Assembly: GCA_051294375.1 (NCBI GenBank)
Contig: CM119263.1
Span: forward strand, 31,295,502 to 31,354,404
DNA: 58,903 bases
Source: Paraspadella gotoi
Lineage: Eukaryota > Animalia > Chaetognatha
Direction: 5' to 3'
Made by a program: the position numbers and the translations under genes. Below are positions 23,191 through 36,150 of the stretch, in pieces. The first letter of the stretch is position 1. Each line of letters opens with the position of its first letter. The notes under the pieces were generated by a model. That model searched no databases, was not told the origin of the DNA, and saw only the letters and a program-made list of their open reading frames with translations.

Positions 23191-24934
23191 GACGACGACG
23201 ATGATGATGATGATGATGATGATTATTCGAAAGGTCGAATTTTCTAAGACATTCGATCGAGGGACAAACCCAGGGATGTAATTGGGTACGACAAACCCAG
23301 GGATGTACAATGCGGGTTATTTTCTTTGTGGTTCGTTTCGGCGGAACGTCACCGTTTATTCTAAAACGGTTATTTTAGTTTTTACCAACGAAACAAAATA
23401 TAGTTTCTTTGCCGTTTTGATTTTTTTTTCTTTTCAGCTTTTTTAAAAACATTTTTTTAAATTAAATTAGATTTCTCGAGTTTTATTCGTTAAGTTTTCT
23501 TTTTCGCGTCAGCTTCTTTTCTATTTTTCGTTGCTTCGGTTAGGTTCGGATTATTATCGTGTTTTCTTTTTAAAAAATATTTTTAATATTCTATACCTAG
23601 TTGAAAATCAGATATACTTCTTTTTATATATATATATTGTTCGTGAAGTTGTAATAATTGTTGATATCTGAGAAAGAATTGCTTATTGTTGGTCCGGTAA
23701 GGCTTTGTTGTTGTTTGGCCTGCCTCGGAGTCATGTCTCTTATATTTCTGGACGATACCTTTCCTGACGCTTCGGTTTTTATATGTTACAATGTGGAAGA
23801 CGTTACATTCCGGGCTCGTTGTAGAGCCTATAATATTATTGTAACGACTTGTCGGCATCGCTGCTATCCATTGTGAGAAAAGAAAACTCGAGTTGGAAAG
23901 AGTCTAGACAAAAAAAAATAGGGAATTTGACTCTCAATTCCATCTGTGATTATTATTTTCTCAGAGCATTTCCTACCTAATATTATTGCATTTTTTTTAC
24001 AAGTTTTGTTTTATTTTCAAACCAAATTCCCGATTTGCTTTTGGCTCTGATGGTCTACACATCGAACTATTGCTACAGATTTGGGATAATTTTTTTTCCC
24101 CTTTTCTTGCCGACTTTGTTCTGATTGACCATTGAGAGCCTGTAGCTCATCTCGCTTTATGTTAATGAATTATTTAGACCTGCACCGTTAAGAGAATATA
24201 TTCTTTGTTAGTAAATACGCTGAATATAATTTGCATATCTGAGTTAGACTTTAGTATTTTTTGTGAAATTTTGATAAAATTTAATGAATTTTAAAAATGT
24301 TTATTATCACTTTGAAAAATTCAGATTTTTTTTTCATTAAATGCTAATTTGTACAAATTTTTAAAAAATATTTGAGCCTCTATAAAGTTTTTGCTCGAAT
24401 CTTAGCGACGCTTTGGGTTTCGTCGTCGTCGTCGATAGCGACCCGGAGTCCATGAGCTGGTTAACTTGCTGAGACGAAGCTCTTCAATCCATTTGTGTAT
24501 CCAATACTCATATTTTAAAGTTTTCCTCTAGATTAACCTAATGTACGTGTTGGCTGTTGAATAACCTTTTTCTGCTAAATTAAGAAATAATTTGTTAAAA
24601 CAAAACAATCTTTAAAAAAGAGGCTCATTTTTTCCCAATTTAATGAAATAGTGAAGAAAAGTATTCGTCGTCCTTAAATTGAAAATCGAATTACGTCAAA
24701 AACTAATAACGAATATCCGATTCGCCAACGCATTAAAATTTCATGGGGGCTGAAGTTTCTAATCGGGAGGCATCGCAGAGTTGAAGCTGGGCTCCGTCAT
24801 CGGCAAAAAAGTAAGACATTTAAACCATTAATTAATTGGTTATTTATTCTTTTAATTCGTGGGCATAATATTTTGGTTGACTCTTTTTACGGAGAGTGAC
24901 CATCCGCCTCATACGCTCCGGATTCTCTTCCAGG

Positions 24935-27900
24935 ATGAATCGAGGCGCCGACGCGGTTTCGGAGCGAAGACTGCGCCCCGTTTATGGTGCGTATGAGGGC
25001 GTGTCTTGGACGGGAATTGAGGAATGGCGGAAACGCGGATTTTATTTACCCTCGAGTTTTCGTTCTGAATCTAAAACCGGACAGAGGGGGAGTTAAAAAC
25101 AAATAGAAAATTTAAAATTCCTACGTAAATGTTTTAACTTTAAACAGAGCCGACCAGTTCCTCCATGTCGAATTCGATGAGGGCCTTGCAGAGAGTCGTC
25201 TCAGCCGTTCATTATAAAACATACCTCAATTCTGTCAAACCTATTGGGAGTAGGTTTTTTTATAATTTAATTTTATTTTTGGCTTGCGGTTGCAATCTTG
25301 GTTTCCGGAAAAGGACTAAGTTTGTCTTTTAATTATTATATTAGTCGCGTTAAATGAATAAATTGTAAAGAGGTTGCGAGATTGCAGCCTCCGAGGTGTA
25401 AAAGAGGGACAGTGACGAAAGCTTGTCATTTCTCGCTTAGTCCTTGAAGGGAACGTGAAAAAAATTAGATAAAACGAATATAACAATTTAAAGTTTGTTT
25501 GTGGTCTTTTTGCTAGATTAAACAGACATTGTCCATTGCCTCGTCAGCTTAAAAACTTTTTAATTATTTGTAATTCTCGTATTTGGTGTGTTTGTTTTGA
25601 GAGATTAATTTATGTTCATTGATGACTTAGGCTTTTGGAGTGCTTTTTGAAATAAGCCTTTTTCACTGTCTCCTCAGGAATTCCATTTTATCCCAAGAAA
25701 ATTGTTTAACTCTTTGTCTTCGTCCCTCAGATTATTTGGACACGGGAAACAACAAGAAGGCCGTCCACGAGGCGGACAAAGTCTTAAAGAAGCAGCGGGA
25801 CAACGCCTGCGCCAAAGCCTTGAAAGCGCTGGCCTTTCTTCGCATGGGACGCGGAGATGAGAGCAAAGACTTAGTCTGGGAAGTTCTTAAGGACGACCCT
25901 GCCGACGAACCAACCCTGCAGGCCATGTCCATTTGTCTGAGGGAAATGAACAGAGCCGACATGATCATCCGGATGTTCGAGTCTGCCCTCAAGTCGAAAC
26001 CAAACAGCGAGGAGATTCTCTCTCAACTCTTTATGTCCTACGTGAGGATAGGAGACTTTAAGAAGCAGAAAGAGATCGCGCTTCAGCTTTACAAGACCAA
26101 GGAGCACACCCCATTTTATCTCTGGGCCGTTATGAGCGTGGTCATGCAGGCGCAGAGTCCCGAGGGCGAAAAGCTCTCCAAAGTGGTGCTGCTTCCGATG
26201 GCGGAGCGGATGATCAAGAAGCTCGTCAACGAGGACAAGATCGAAGAGAGCGGAGAGGTCGAGCTGCTGCTCATGATTCTCGAATTGCAAGATAAATTCG
26301 AGGAGGCACTTGCGATACTCAAAGGTTCCAGGGAGAAAAGTTTTATTCCAATCAATTCCATTATAAATAATACAAAAAATATACATATATCTCGTAAATT
26401 AGGTCCCCTGGGCACAAAACTCTCCTGCGAGTCTTTCCAACGAGAAATCCGAATTTCCAACATCCACAAAAAACTGGGAAATTTTCCCGAATTAAACGCG
26501 ATTTTTCGTCGCCTCTTTCGTCAAAGGTGAGATTACGAAATATTTCTAAATACTGTTTTGCTTTTAAAAAAAAAAAGCAAATTGTTTTCTATTAGACCGG
26601 ACGATTGGCTGCTGTGTAAAGAATATCTGCAAACTGTGTTCACGCTCATCGAGAAAAAATGGGAACCGCAAGAAGACTATTGGTATGAATTAAAAAATAT
26701 ATTTACTATGCGAAGAGTTTGGTTACGTTCAAAAGTGTTGCGTCTTACCCCACATTATTATTTAATCTTTTTTTTTCTCTTCCACTTAAGACCCGATTTA
26801 TTTTTCCCTCCTTCCCTTCAGTTGCATGGAAGGCGACGTGGACTACACCCTCGAAGCCGCCGCCGACGTCGTTCGCTCCCTACGCGACGCCGAAGACGAC
26901 CACGCCCATCAGACCGTCAACGGGGCCCCGGCCGGCGACGCCCCTCCGCCGCCGCCACCCAAACTCCGCGGCCCTCTTCTATGTCAGTTGGAATTCCTCC
27001 GCCAGGCGAAAGAGAACGGCGTCCTGGAACCGGCGCTCTCTTTGTCGCCGGCGCCGCGGCGCCTACTCTTCGACTTTTTCTCACGATTCGGCGACAAAGG
27101 AAGTTTCTTCGCCGACGCGAAGACTTGGCTGCCGATGCTTGACGCCGACGAGATTGAGATACTCGTGGCGGAAATCGGCCGAGATATCGGCGCCGAGAAA
27201 TTGGGAGCCAATGGAGAAAAAGGGATCGCGTTGCCTTCCACGGTAGATATATTTGTGGCGAGACCCGATTGGCTAAATCGATGGAGAGAAAATGTGTTAC
27301 TTATTTATAAAAGCTAATAGAATGATAAAATTGGGGGGGGGGTATTAGAATTATATATAGAAATTTACACAGAAACAAAGATTATCTCGGATCGTGTTCT
27401 ATGAAATCGGTATAACCAATATAGTAAAATTATCTAATAATATTTATTCATTCAATACATGAGATATCTTTTCCCTGACAAGCTGTGGTGGGTTAAGACC
27501 TCTATCCTTCTTAGTGGTTACAATATAATAACAAAGCAGGACCCTTCGAGCTTTCTATCCCGACTCTTTCCCAGTCTAGTTTGTTAACTCTCAATTAAGT
27601 AGTAGTTCACGAAACTCTCTCCCCCCCCCCTTTCTTCTTCGTTCAGCTTCGAGACTTGAATCGTCATTTGAATTGGACCAAATTGTGGTTCTACTCCGAA
27701 GTCGCCTCGTCTCTCGAGGAAGAGGATCTCCGCTCCATCGTTGCCGAGTTGGTCGCCCGTCATCGTCACGGACTTCGATTCGGCGAAAATCTGCGCAAGA
27801 CGGAGATTCAGTTCAGCGACGATTATCTCCTTCTTGGCGCGCATCTGCTTTTGATGATGGCCAATCGAGACTCCACTCATTTCGCCGATTTCGTTTTTCA

Positions 27901-29809
27901 GGTTAAATTTGCCTTCGATAATGAAAAAAAAAAAAAAAACCACAATGCTATGGCAACAGCCGGGTTGCCTGTGATGCCCACCTTCTCACTGTTGGCTTTG
28001 GGGGCTTCCGACCCTCAGTGACGCCTCCAGTCACTGGCGCCGTTACCCTAGGACGGTTTCGCTTTGCCAACGCAGAGGGAAGTCGTTAGGACTGTGGATG
28101 GAACACTATGCCTGGGATGGTGTGTTCTCCCTCTGAGCCAATGGATTTGGCTGAAGGATGGCGGACGTGAGGCGGTGTAAATATACCGCCACAGTGCGAG
28201 ATTTTGAAATCCTATTTTTGTTCCTTTCCAGGTCATCGTGCTGTTGGAGGGCGGCCTTTCCTCCAGCGAATCCAACTTCCAATTCCGCCTTCTCCTCTCC
28301 CGCCTCTACACCAAACTCGGTGCCTTTCAAATCTCCATGAGCCACTTCGACGAACTCGACGTGAAGCACATCCAGCACGACACTCTGGGTCACTATTGGC
28401 TCACCCACGCCGCCAGTCAGGGCCACTACGCCCGCGCCACCATCCTTCACAATCAGGCGCTCAAGTTTTTCTCGGCCAACTTCCGCGACACGTCCGAGTA
28501 TCTCATCCAGGCCTATCGCTTCGCCTCTTTCGCCAAAATCCCCGAATTTCTTCGACTTCGCGACCGACTGACCAATTCTCTTCAATACTCGATCGTCTAC
28601 GCGGAGTCGATGATCCTCGATCTAATTCTCGACGCTTCGTCTCACGCGGACACGGAGCGGAAAGTGTCGCGGATGGCGTTGGATCCCGTCGCGGATCAAA
28701 CGGATTGGGATCTCGTCCACGACAACCGAGATCTCTTAATCATGGCCGATTGGAACGCCTCCACCATCCGAGCCGCGGACCAACGACGAGCTCGAGCCTT
28801 TGAACACGAGAAGGCGTGGGCCAAACTCCGCCACGCCACGCACAACGTTGTCTCCGCCGCCATACTGCTCTCCTGCGGCGGCGGCGTTGAGGTGGACGGC
28901 GTCAACGCTGCCGCAGCGGCCAACGGAGAAGCGGACGTTTTGCCTCCGGAGCCGAAGACGAAAGAAAAGACGCGGATCGACGCCGGGATTTTTCGTCGGT
29001 TGATCGAGGAATTCGAAAGTCACGTGGAATTCTGTCGTCGTCGTTTTAAAGATAAAGAGGAGGAAGAGGAGGTGTCACTCATCCATCCTCTCTACTCTTC
29101 CCCCCCTTCGCGTCTTTTCAACTATTTGCGCTTCGACCTTCAACTCGTCTTCGTCCTCGATTCGCTTCGAGTCGCAGAATACCTTCTCGGCTTTTCGACT
29201 CCCGACGCCGCCGCTTTATCTAAAGACACGATCGACGAGAAGATGGAGCATCTCCTGCGGACGGGTCTCGCGGATTCTTTCAAAGCGGCCGTCGACCAAT
29301 GCCGTCAAGAATTCGATCCGCCTTCCGAGGATCCCGCGCGTCTCGTGCACAACGACATTTACCTCCACGACTTGAGCGTCACCGTCGAAGCCCTCGCATT
29401 CGCCGTCGCTCTTCTAGGCGCCTGTCACAAAGTCCTCAAGCCTTTGAAAAACTCTCTCTCCAAAAAGGCGAAGAAGAAAAAGGGTGGCGGCGGGGACGCG
29501 TCGATACCGCCCACTTTCGCCAATTTCGCCGCCGGCGTCGGCGGACTCAAGACGCAGGCGGATGAACTCTCCCGCCACATGGGCATCGTCTCGGAACGAC
29601 TAACGGTCGTCGTCGGCGCGGAGGCCTTGAACCGACTCAGTCTCGTCCAGAAGGAGGAGGAGGAGGAGGAGGTGACCAATGGAGGTCGATCTTCGCGTCC
29701 GGCGGACATCATCGCCGACGTCCACGAGAGTTATAAGACTTCGACCGAGGAGATGGGCGCCTTGCTGCAGAAGAAACTCGCCTATCTCGCTAGTCTTTCT
29801 AGATTGTGA
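24935..29809 (+). CDS. NAA25: N-alpha-acetyltransferase 25, NatB auxiliary subunit
   Basis: MNRGADAVSERRLRPVY spliced to DYLDTGNNKKAVHEADKVLKK; LFMSYVRIGDFKKQ; PFYLWAVMS; KLRGPLLCQLE; LDVKHIQHDTLGH; EYLIQAYRFASFAKIPEF. Confidence 0.96.
27949..28193 (-). mobile_element. Solo LTR of the TRIM-like family at 57680-58427, in an NAA25 intron
   Basis: About 245 bp nearly identical to 57680-57936 and 58170-58427. Flanks ATGC / GTGC form a 4-bp TSD with one mismatch. Confidence 0.88.
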
Positions 29810-30195
29810 TTTTTCTTTGACTATTTTTTCTATTTCATTTGTCTTTTTTTTTTCGTTTTGCTTCCCCCCCCCATCTCTTTCGGCGGAATGGTGACTGTTT
29901 TTAGATTTAGGACATTTAGAAGATGATGAATATTTTCGAATTATAATGTATTATAACATAATATTTCAAAAAGATTTCAAAATTTGCGAATTCTTATTTA
30001 TTTTTGGCTCAGATGTAATTATTAGATCGTAGTGAAAGTTAAATAGGAAAATTCTAAATGTCAATTATGAACAACATACCATCAGTGAATATTAATTGGT
30101 AAAAAAAATTAATTTTATGTTCTTCAATTTTTGCAGTAGGCTATATTTAATATTTATATATATAGTACTATCCTTATAAAATCGAAAAATTTTGA

Positions 30196-30388
30196 TTGCA
30201 GATTTGAATTCCTCGTCAAAAGTAGATAAAAAAAAATATAAATCATTTTTAAAAATTCTTTCATTAAGACTTAATTTAAGTGGGATATAAATTTTAAAAA
30301 AACTATTTAATCAATTTTGATGAGAGAATTTTTAAAAAAGAGTTATATTTCTTTATATCAACTTTTCATGACGAATCCAAATCTGCAA
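30196..30388. repeat. Degenerate inverted repeat, probable MITE remnant
   Basis: TTGCAGATTTGAATTCCTCGTCAAAAG (about 30196) versus CTTTTCATGACGAATCCAAATCTGCAA (about 30362), in AT-rich intergenic DNA. Confidence 0.55.
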
Positions 30389-30844
30389 AAAAAATCTTAC
30401 AAAAAACTATTTTGAAATTTTAACATTTATAATGTGGCCTTCTGCGTAAATTGTGAAATTTATTATAAAATTTTTTTAAACATAAATGTTTATTAGTATA
30501 ATGTTTTTCGTTCCTCACTTTTAGAATTTTAATTAAAGTTAAATTTAGAATTTTTACTTCGCTAATTATATTTCGTTAATAAATATATGAAGACAGAGTC
30601 TGACATCGAAGTCAAGAACAAAAAAATAGTTAGGATTCGACCATGAACGATAATTTTTTCGGTTTTTTGTCACCCGACGCGTTCTTACAGTTGTAATCTT
30701 TTTATACTAACGATTTTACGAGTGTTAAGTTTATTTTTTTTTTTCGGATTGTTCAGATCTTCGAAAGTCAAAAAGTCGAATTCGTTTTCTAGTCGCGACT
30801 TTTCTTCTTCTTCTTCTTCTTCTTCTTCTTCTTCTTCGATCGCG

Positions 30845-32416
30845 ATGAACGGAAATTCGATCCTCGCCGCCGAGAATCGACGCGATCGTCGTCGGAGCAA
30901 AAGACTCAAGAAAATCGTCGAGGAAACGAGTCGAGTCTCTTCATTGGACGTAGAAGACGTTGTACCCGATCTCGGCTTTACCGATCTCGCTCCCCCCGAT
31001 CTCTCCTCGCCCGTCGATCTCCTTCGATTCTTTCAACTCGACGTTCCGATCAAAGAGTTCTTTCTTCCTCACTTATCCTTCGGCGACTTGGTCCGCCTGG
31101 AGCAGACCTGCAAGACTCTGCGCGACTTGATCCGGTCCAGACATTGGTGGCGCTACAAAGTGGCCGATTATCTCAAAGGGAACTCTCAGGCTCGAGATCT
31201 CTTCGCTCGCTATTCGTCCAAGATCTCTAGCAACAACCCGAACTTTCATCGACGCGGCGTCCTTAAGATGCTTCACGACGTCGGCGGCGTCGAGTCCAAC
31301 ATCCTCGCCGGATCTTGCCGCAAATCCTCAATCGTCTTCTCTCTGGACAAGACTTGCCACAAAGCATTCGCCGTCGACCATTCGGGTCAATTCGTTTTCG
31401 TCCTCAACGGATGCGACGTCGAAGTTCATCAACTCGTTCTCTCCAAAAGCAAAAGAGGCGTCGAATTAACTCGAATTCGCCAACTCAGAGTTTCGCAGGA
31501 AGATCAGTTCTGCTCTCACTTAGCCGTCGACGCCGATCTCCTTTATCACGTCACCTTCCAGCAATTCCACGCCTGGAACTGGCGGACCGGCGAGAGACTG
31601 GAGATTCGATCCCCGAATCAAAAGGATTTGGCTGGACTGGGAAACGTCAAGTGTCTCGTCGCCAAAGGAGGATTCCTCGTCGTTGGATCCAACGATAACG
31701 ACCCCGACACTCTTGCGTTGCTCACTTCCGGCGCCACTCTGGTCCGTTTTTGGCGCTACGACGCCCCCGGGGACAGATTCGTCCGCGGCGCGGAATGGCA
31801 CGCTACGCCGGTGATGCCGGATCCGGCGCCGGGAGAGGTCGTGCGCGTGAAACCTTCTTCCGTTTCGATCGACATGGACGATCGTCTCGTCGGCGTCGGC
31901 TACGGATTTCACTTCCATTCGCCCGTCAAAGTCTTCATGGGCGAAGGTCGACTTTGCTTCTTCGATCCCGTCGCCGCCGAGAAGCCTTTCGTCGATCTAC
32001 GCTTTGAGGCGCCCGTCTCCACCCTCCGCGTCAACGCATCCAGGCGCCAGGCGCTCGTCGGTTTCGACAAGCGCGTCCTTCGCCTGCCTTACGTTCGTTT
32101 GCTCGACGTTAATTCAGGCGACGCCCTTCGCGACTTTAGCTCCGTGCTATGGACGCCCCGTTGCCTCTGGACCGATTGGACGCGTTACGTTTTCACAGGC
32201 GACGTAGAGGGCCTTCTAGTCTGGCACCTCGACGCGGATGTGACCGGCGCCGGTGACCCGGCCGGCGTCATCAGCGGCATCAACGGTCTCCCGGTCACCG
32301 ACAGAATTTGTCAGGTTAATTTCGATGGATTTCATCTCATCGTTTACACGAGAGGAAACGCGAAGGCGACAGTCAGGGTCTTGGATTTTTTGAAATTGTC
32401 TTCCCTCAAATTTTAA
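30845..32416 (+). CDS. F-box protein with a divergent WD40/beta-propeller C-terminus, intronless
   Basis: F-box LDVPIKEFFLPHLSFGDLVRLEQTCKTLRDLIRSRHWW, then beta-rich WD-like repeats (HAWNWRTG, LVRFWRY, LLDVNSG, LLVWHL, VRVLDF). First ATG at 30845. Confidence 0.8.
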   Translation: MNGNSILAAENRRDRRRSKRLKKIVEETSRVSSLDVEDVVPDLGFTDLAPPDLSSPVDLLRFFQLDVPIKEFFLPHLSFGDLVRLEQTCKTLRDLIRSRHWWRYKVADYLKGNSQARDLFARYSSKISSNNPNFHRRGVLKMLHDVGGVESNILAGSCRKSSIVFSLDKTCHKAFAVDHSGQFVFVLNGCDVEVHQLVLSKSKRGVELTRIRQLRVSQEDQFCSHLAVDADLLYHVTFQQFHAWNWRTGERLEIRSPNQKDLAGLGNVKCLVAKGGFLVVGSNDNDPDTLALLTSGATLVRFWRYDAPGDRFVRGAEWHATPVMPDPAPGEVVRVKPSSVSIDMDDRLVGVGYGFHFHSPVKVFMGEGRLCFFDPVAAEKPFVDLRFEAPVSTLRVNASRRQALVGFDKRVLRLPYVRLLDVNSGDALRDFSSVLWTPRCLWTDWTRYVFTGDVEGLLVWHLDADVTGAGDPAGVISGINGLPVTDRICQVNFDGFHLIVYTRGNAKATVRVLDFLKLSSLKF

Positions 32417-33093
32417 AATCGGGTTTTTTTGGGGGGGGATTTGTTTAAATCCGTGTACTGTGATATTAATTCCCGTGTTGCGACGCAACAAATCATGTGC
32501 CTTTTTTCCTCCGTTTTTGTTACGAGACGGGAGTGTTTTTGCATCTTTGGAAATGTTCCTTAAATCTCGTTTGTTCGCTTTTGTTCGTATTGTTTTATTC
32601 CGAAACTATCTAGATTTTTTTTATTTAATCATTGTGACCCTTTCAGTCGATTGCTAAAAACGCACGTGCCAGATATGAGATATCAAAGCACCGTCTTAGT
32701 TATAACTTAGTTTATAGTTTCGTTCCGAAGATACGTGCAAGGTTTTTATTTTGGTTTCATATGATAATTATTTTAGTCAAAAGTTAAAAACTTGCAATTT
32801 CTAACCGTATTTGGTGAGGCTTTGAGTATTAAATTAATTTTGCTGACATCAACCTGCATTTTTCTCCGACGTTGCTTTAATTCTTCTGTGACTCTCTCCC
32901 TGTGTCTCCACGGCTTTTGTTCTACAACATTTGAACTACTACGGCAGAACAACGAAAAAATACTTGCCGTCGTTAAAAGAAAAAAAAGCTCAAAGAAATA
33001 AATCAAACTGTGGTTGTTTTTTTTGTTTTCTGTTAAGGTTATTTCTTTTTTTTTATTTATCTAGGTTTTTTCCTTCACACATATCGTAAAATT

Positions 33094-36000
33094 ATGGGAG
33101 ATCAAGTTAATCTCCAAAAATCCAAACTTTTCACTTTGAACTTATCTTCGAAGACGATTCATCAAAACGCCGTCATCACGTGCGACCTTTGCAAGGTCAC
33201 CGTCAACAGCGGTGAGGCTTTGCGAGACTTTTCTCTCATGTAATCGTGACGTCAATCCCATTATGATTTTGTTTTGTTTTCAGAATCCGCGCTTCTCACT
33301 CATTTGGCGGGAAAGAAACACAAGCGTCTCGCGGATCGTCAAAAAGAATTTCAGGAACAATGTCAGGTTCTGCGAAAGAAAATAAATACTATAATCTTTT
33401 TTTTTGTTCATATACTTAATAACTTTGAATTCATGTTTTTTTATTTGCCTTTTTTTCCCTCCATCATTCTTGCAGGCTTCGATTTACGTGAAAGGATTCC
33501 GTTGCATGCGGCGGAAGGAAGCCATTCACAAATGCAAACAAGAACTCACCGATTACTTTTCTCAATTCGGTGAAGTGGATCAAGCCTCTATTCAAGTCAG
33601 TATCAACCCCCTCTTCCCTCAGAGCTCCCTGCCTTTACTTATTGTATGAAATTGGTACAACCAATATGAAAATTATCCATTCATTTATTAAATAAGCTAT
33701 CTTACCCCTGACTTTGGAGAGGTTTTCGTGGTTTAAGGCCTTCATCACTTTTACAAGATAATGACATAGCAGGTCCCTGCATGCTTTCAATCATTTATTC
33801 ACTTCCAGAGTATCTTATTTTTGCAAATACAATTACTATTAAATTTCTTAGGCGCGAATCGCCAATCATCCCTACGCGTTGATTACTTTTAAAGACGCAG
33901 CAACAGCTCGTAAAGTTGTCGAAGATGCGGAAGCTGGTTAGTCCTTTTGCCCATTCCCTCTCCATTTCCCTTTCACGTACACTCCACCCTCTGCCCTCTC
34001 TCCAGGCCACGCCTTCCAAGATCGCAAACTCGTCGTCCGTCCTCGCACGTGGCGTCCGCCCAGCGAACGCAAACCGCGCGAGAAACGCATCTTCTTTCCG
34101 CCTCGAATTCTGCAGGAGAAACTTCAACAGGACGAACGAGTGGAGAGCGTGGACGATCAGATTCACTTCGTGCGTCGAATCCTCGCTCTTCCTCCTCCCC
34201 ACCGAAATCTCCGCGACAAACAGCGATCCTTTTACGAGAAGAAATTCCAAGAGATTTTTCCCGCCTCCACCGTCCATCTCTTCGGCTCCTCCGTCAACGG
34301 ATTCGGGGTTAAAGGATGCGACGTCGACGTCTTTCTCAATATCCCCGGCGTCGATCCCCAACGGGAGCAGGTGGTGATGAGGGAGGTGAGCGTGGGGTGT
34401 ACGAGATGGTTTTTTTGAATGTTACTAAATTTAGTACATCACTCTCATTTGAATGTAGTAGTAAATTATTTCTAGTCCCATTGGTTAATGTTCTGTTTCA
34501 ATATTTGGGTGTAACGATGCTTTTTCTATATTGTTCACTGTTCAGTAATTCATAGATAATTTTGTGATAAAACTTTATTGGACCGATTTTATGGGTCGTA
34601 GATTTTATCTCTGAATTCATTCAACAGAGTCAAAAGTTTCGATCTAATGTAACTACGGACGACGTCGTGAGCAAAACAGTCGACGTCACAAGTTTAAACA
34701 TGACGGATCTCATCTCGCTCGTCGGAGATGTAGTTCAGGTGATTTGTGAACAACTGGACATCAGGAATTTAGTCATTAACCTGATTTACATATTGTAACA
34801 GTTCTGATTATTTCTGATAAGGTTACATGAGTTCTATTTAATATTGTTTATTAGGAGAGAATATTGGCGTCTTCGGGTCACGTGACCCGTATTACCTCGG
34901 CGCGATGTCCCGTCGTTAAATTCTTTGACAAGTACCTTAATTTGAACGTCGACATTTCTGTCAACAACAAGTGAGGAATAGAAAGGAATAGAAAGACTTA
35001 AGTTTGAAGAGATCATCCTCCTCGAATCCAATCATTTTCTCCTTTTTAAGTTTGGTCATCCACAACACGCAACTTCAAAAGCTTTATTGCAACCTGGACG
35101 ATCGAGTGCGGCCTTTAGTCTACGCCCTCCGGTACGTGGGATCGCTTTTTGGCCGTCGAAAGTGGGGGGGGGGGGAAGTGGGGACCAGTGGGGACCAGAA
35201 AGATTTGGATCTTTTTTTTTCCTTTTTTTTTTAAGTTTGAAAAAACGGGCGACTTGCAAATCAATGCGAAGTAGATGTCACGAATTTCGTCGATATTAAA
35301 TTCGACCTCATTAATTTTTAATCCGTCTCACTTTTGCATTGTTGCTCGTTCTCTCCCGTCCGCTCGCCCATTTTCACCCATTTCGGGCGCGCGCTTCTCT
35401 TTCCCTTCTCTACGCTCTTCCTCCTGCTCCATGCTTGCTCTTTTCCTGCTCTTTTCTTGCTTTTTTATTTTATTTCCTTTTTTCCTTACCTGCTCTTTCA
35501 ATATTTTTTTTTTCGTTTCGTTCTTCCTTCTTTCCACCTTCCTGTTCTTTCATTATTTTTTTTTGTTATTCCTTCTTTCTTTCTTTTTTTACTTTTTTTC
35601 TCTTTTTTTTTCTCTTTTTTATTCCAATCTCTCTTCCCTTGAAACTCACCTCATTGGCTCGGCAGCCAATGGGCGATAGCCAAGTGTCTCCAGCCGCAAT
35701 TGACTTCGTACGCTGTGACCCTCTTGGTTCTCTTCTATCTGCAACAAATCCGTCCAAGCGTCATTCCCTCTGTCAAAGAGATGAGAGCGTTGCCGGGTAG
35801 GTCTTTTTTTAAAAGAGGGAGCGATGAAATTAAAACTTACGAATTGATTAATTTGCTTAATAACATTTAATGATCAAAAAATTAAAGATTATATGATTAC
35901 GGAATGAACTAAGTAATAGCGGGAACAAATATGCGAGCGAATAATCGGTTTTGAAGAAAGAGCATCGCCCTACTACAAGTGACATAAAACTTTTGTCAGA

Positions 36001-36102
36001 TGTGGCACCGTTGATCGTTCAAGGATGGAACTGTTCCTTCATGACGGAAAAGGAAAATATCCCTAAGAAGGAACTCAACGATAGCTGCTTAGGTACGTAA
36101 GA

Positions 36103-36150
<48 letters not shown>

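Noticed and set aside
23262-23308. Direct repeat GACAAACCCAGGGATGTA in the IPO7 3'UTR
   Set aside because: A simple local duplication with no further support for function.
25305-25445. RNase P RNA (GGAAAAGGACTAAG ... CTTAGTCCT resembling P4)
   Set aside because: Lacks the CR-V ACnnRAnn context and CR-II to CR-IV, and is too short; kept only as an unclassified structure.
28050-28095. Hammerhead-like CTAACGA...GAAA on the minus strand of the solo LTR
   Set aside because: The core is CTAA rather than CTGA, GAAA is not conserved in the other two copies (GAGA), and stems I and III do not form.
35640-35670. Apparent non-AG acceptor in TUT1 (CACC|TCATTGG)
   Set aside because: The canonical CAG at about 35665 gives the expected YALR-Q-WA motif, so no non-canonical intron is needed.
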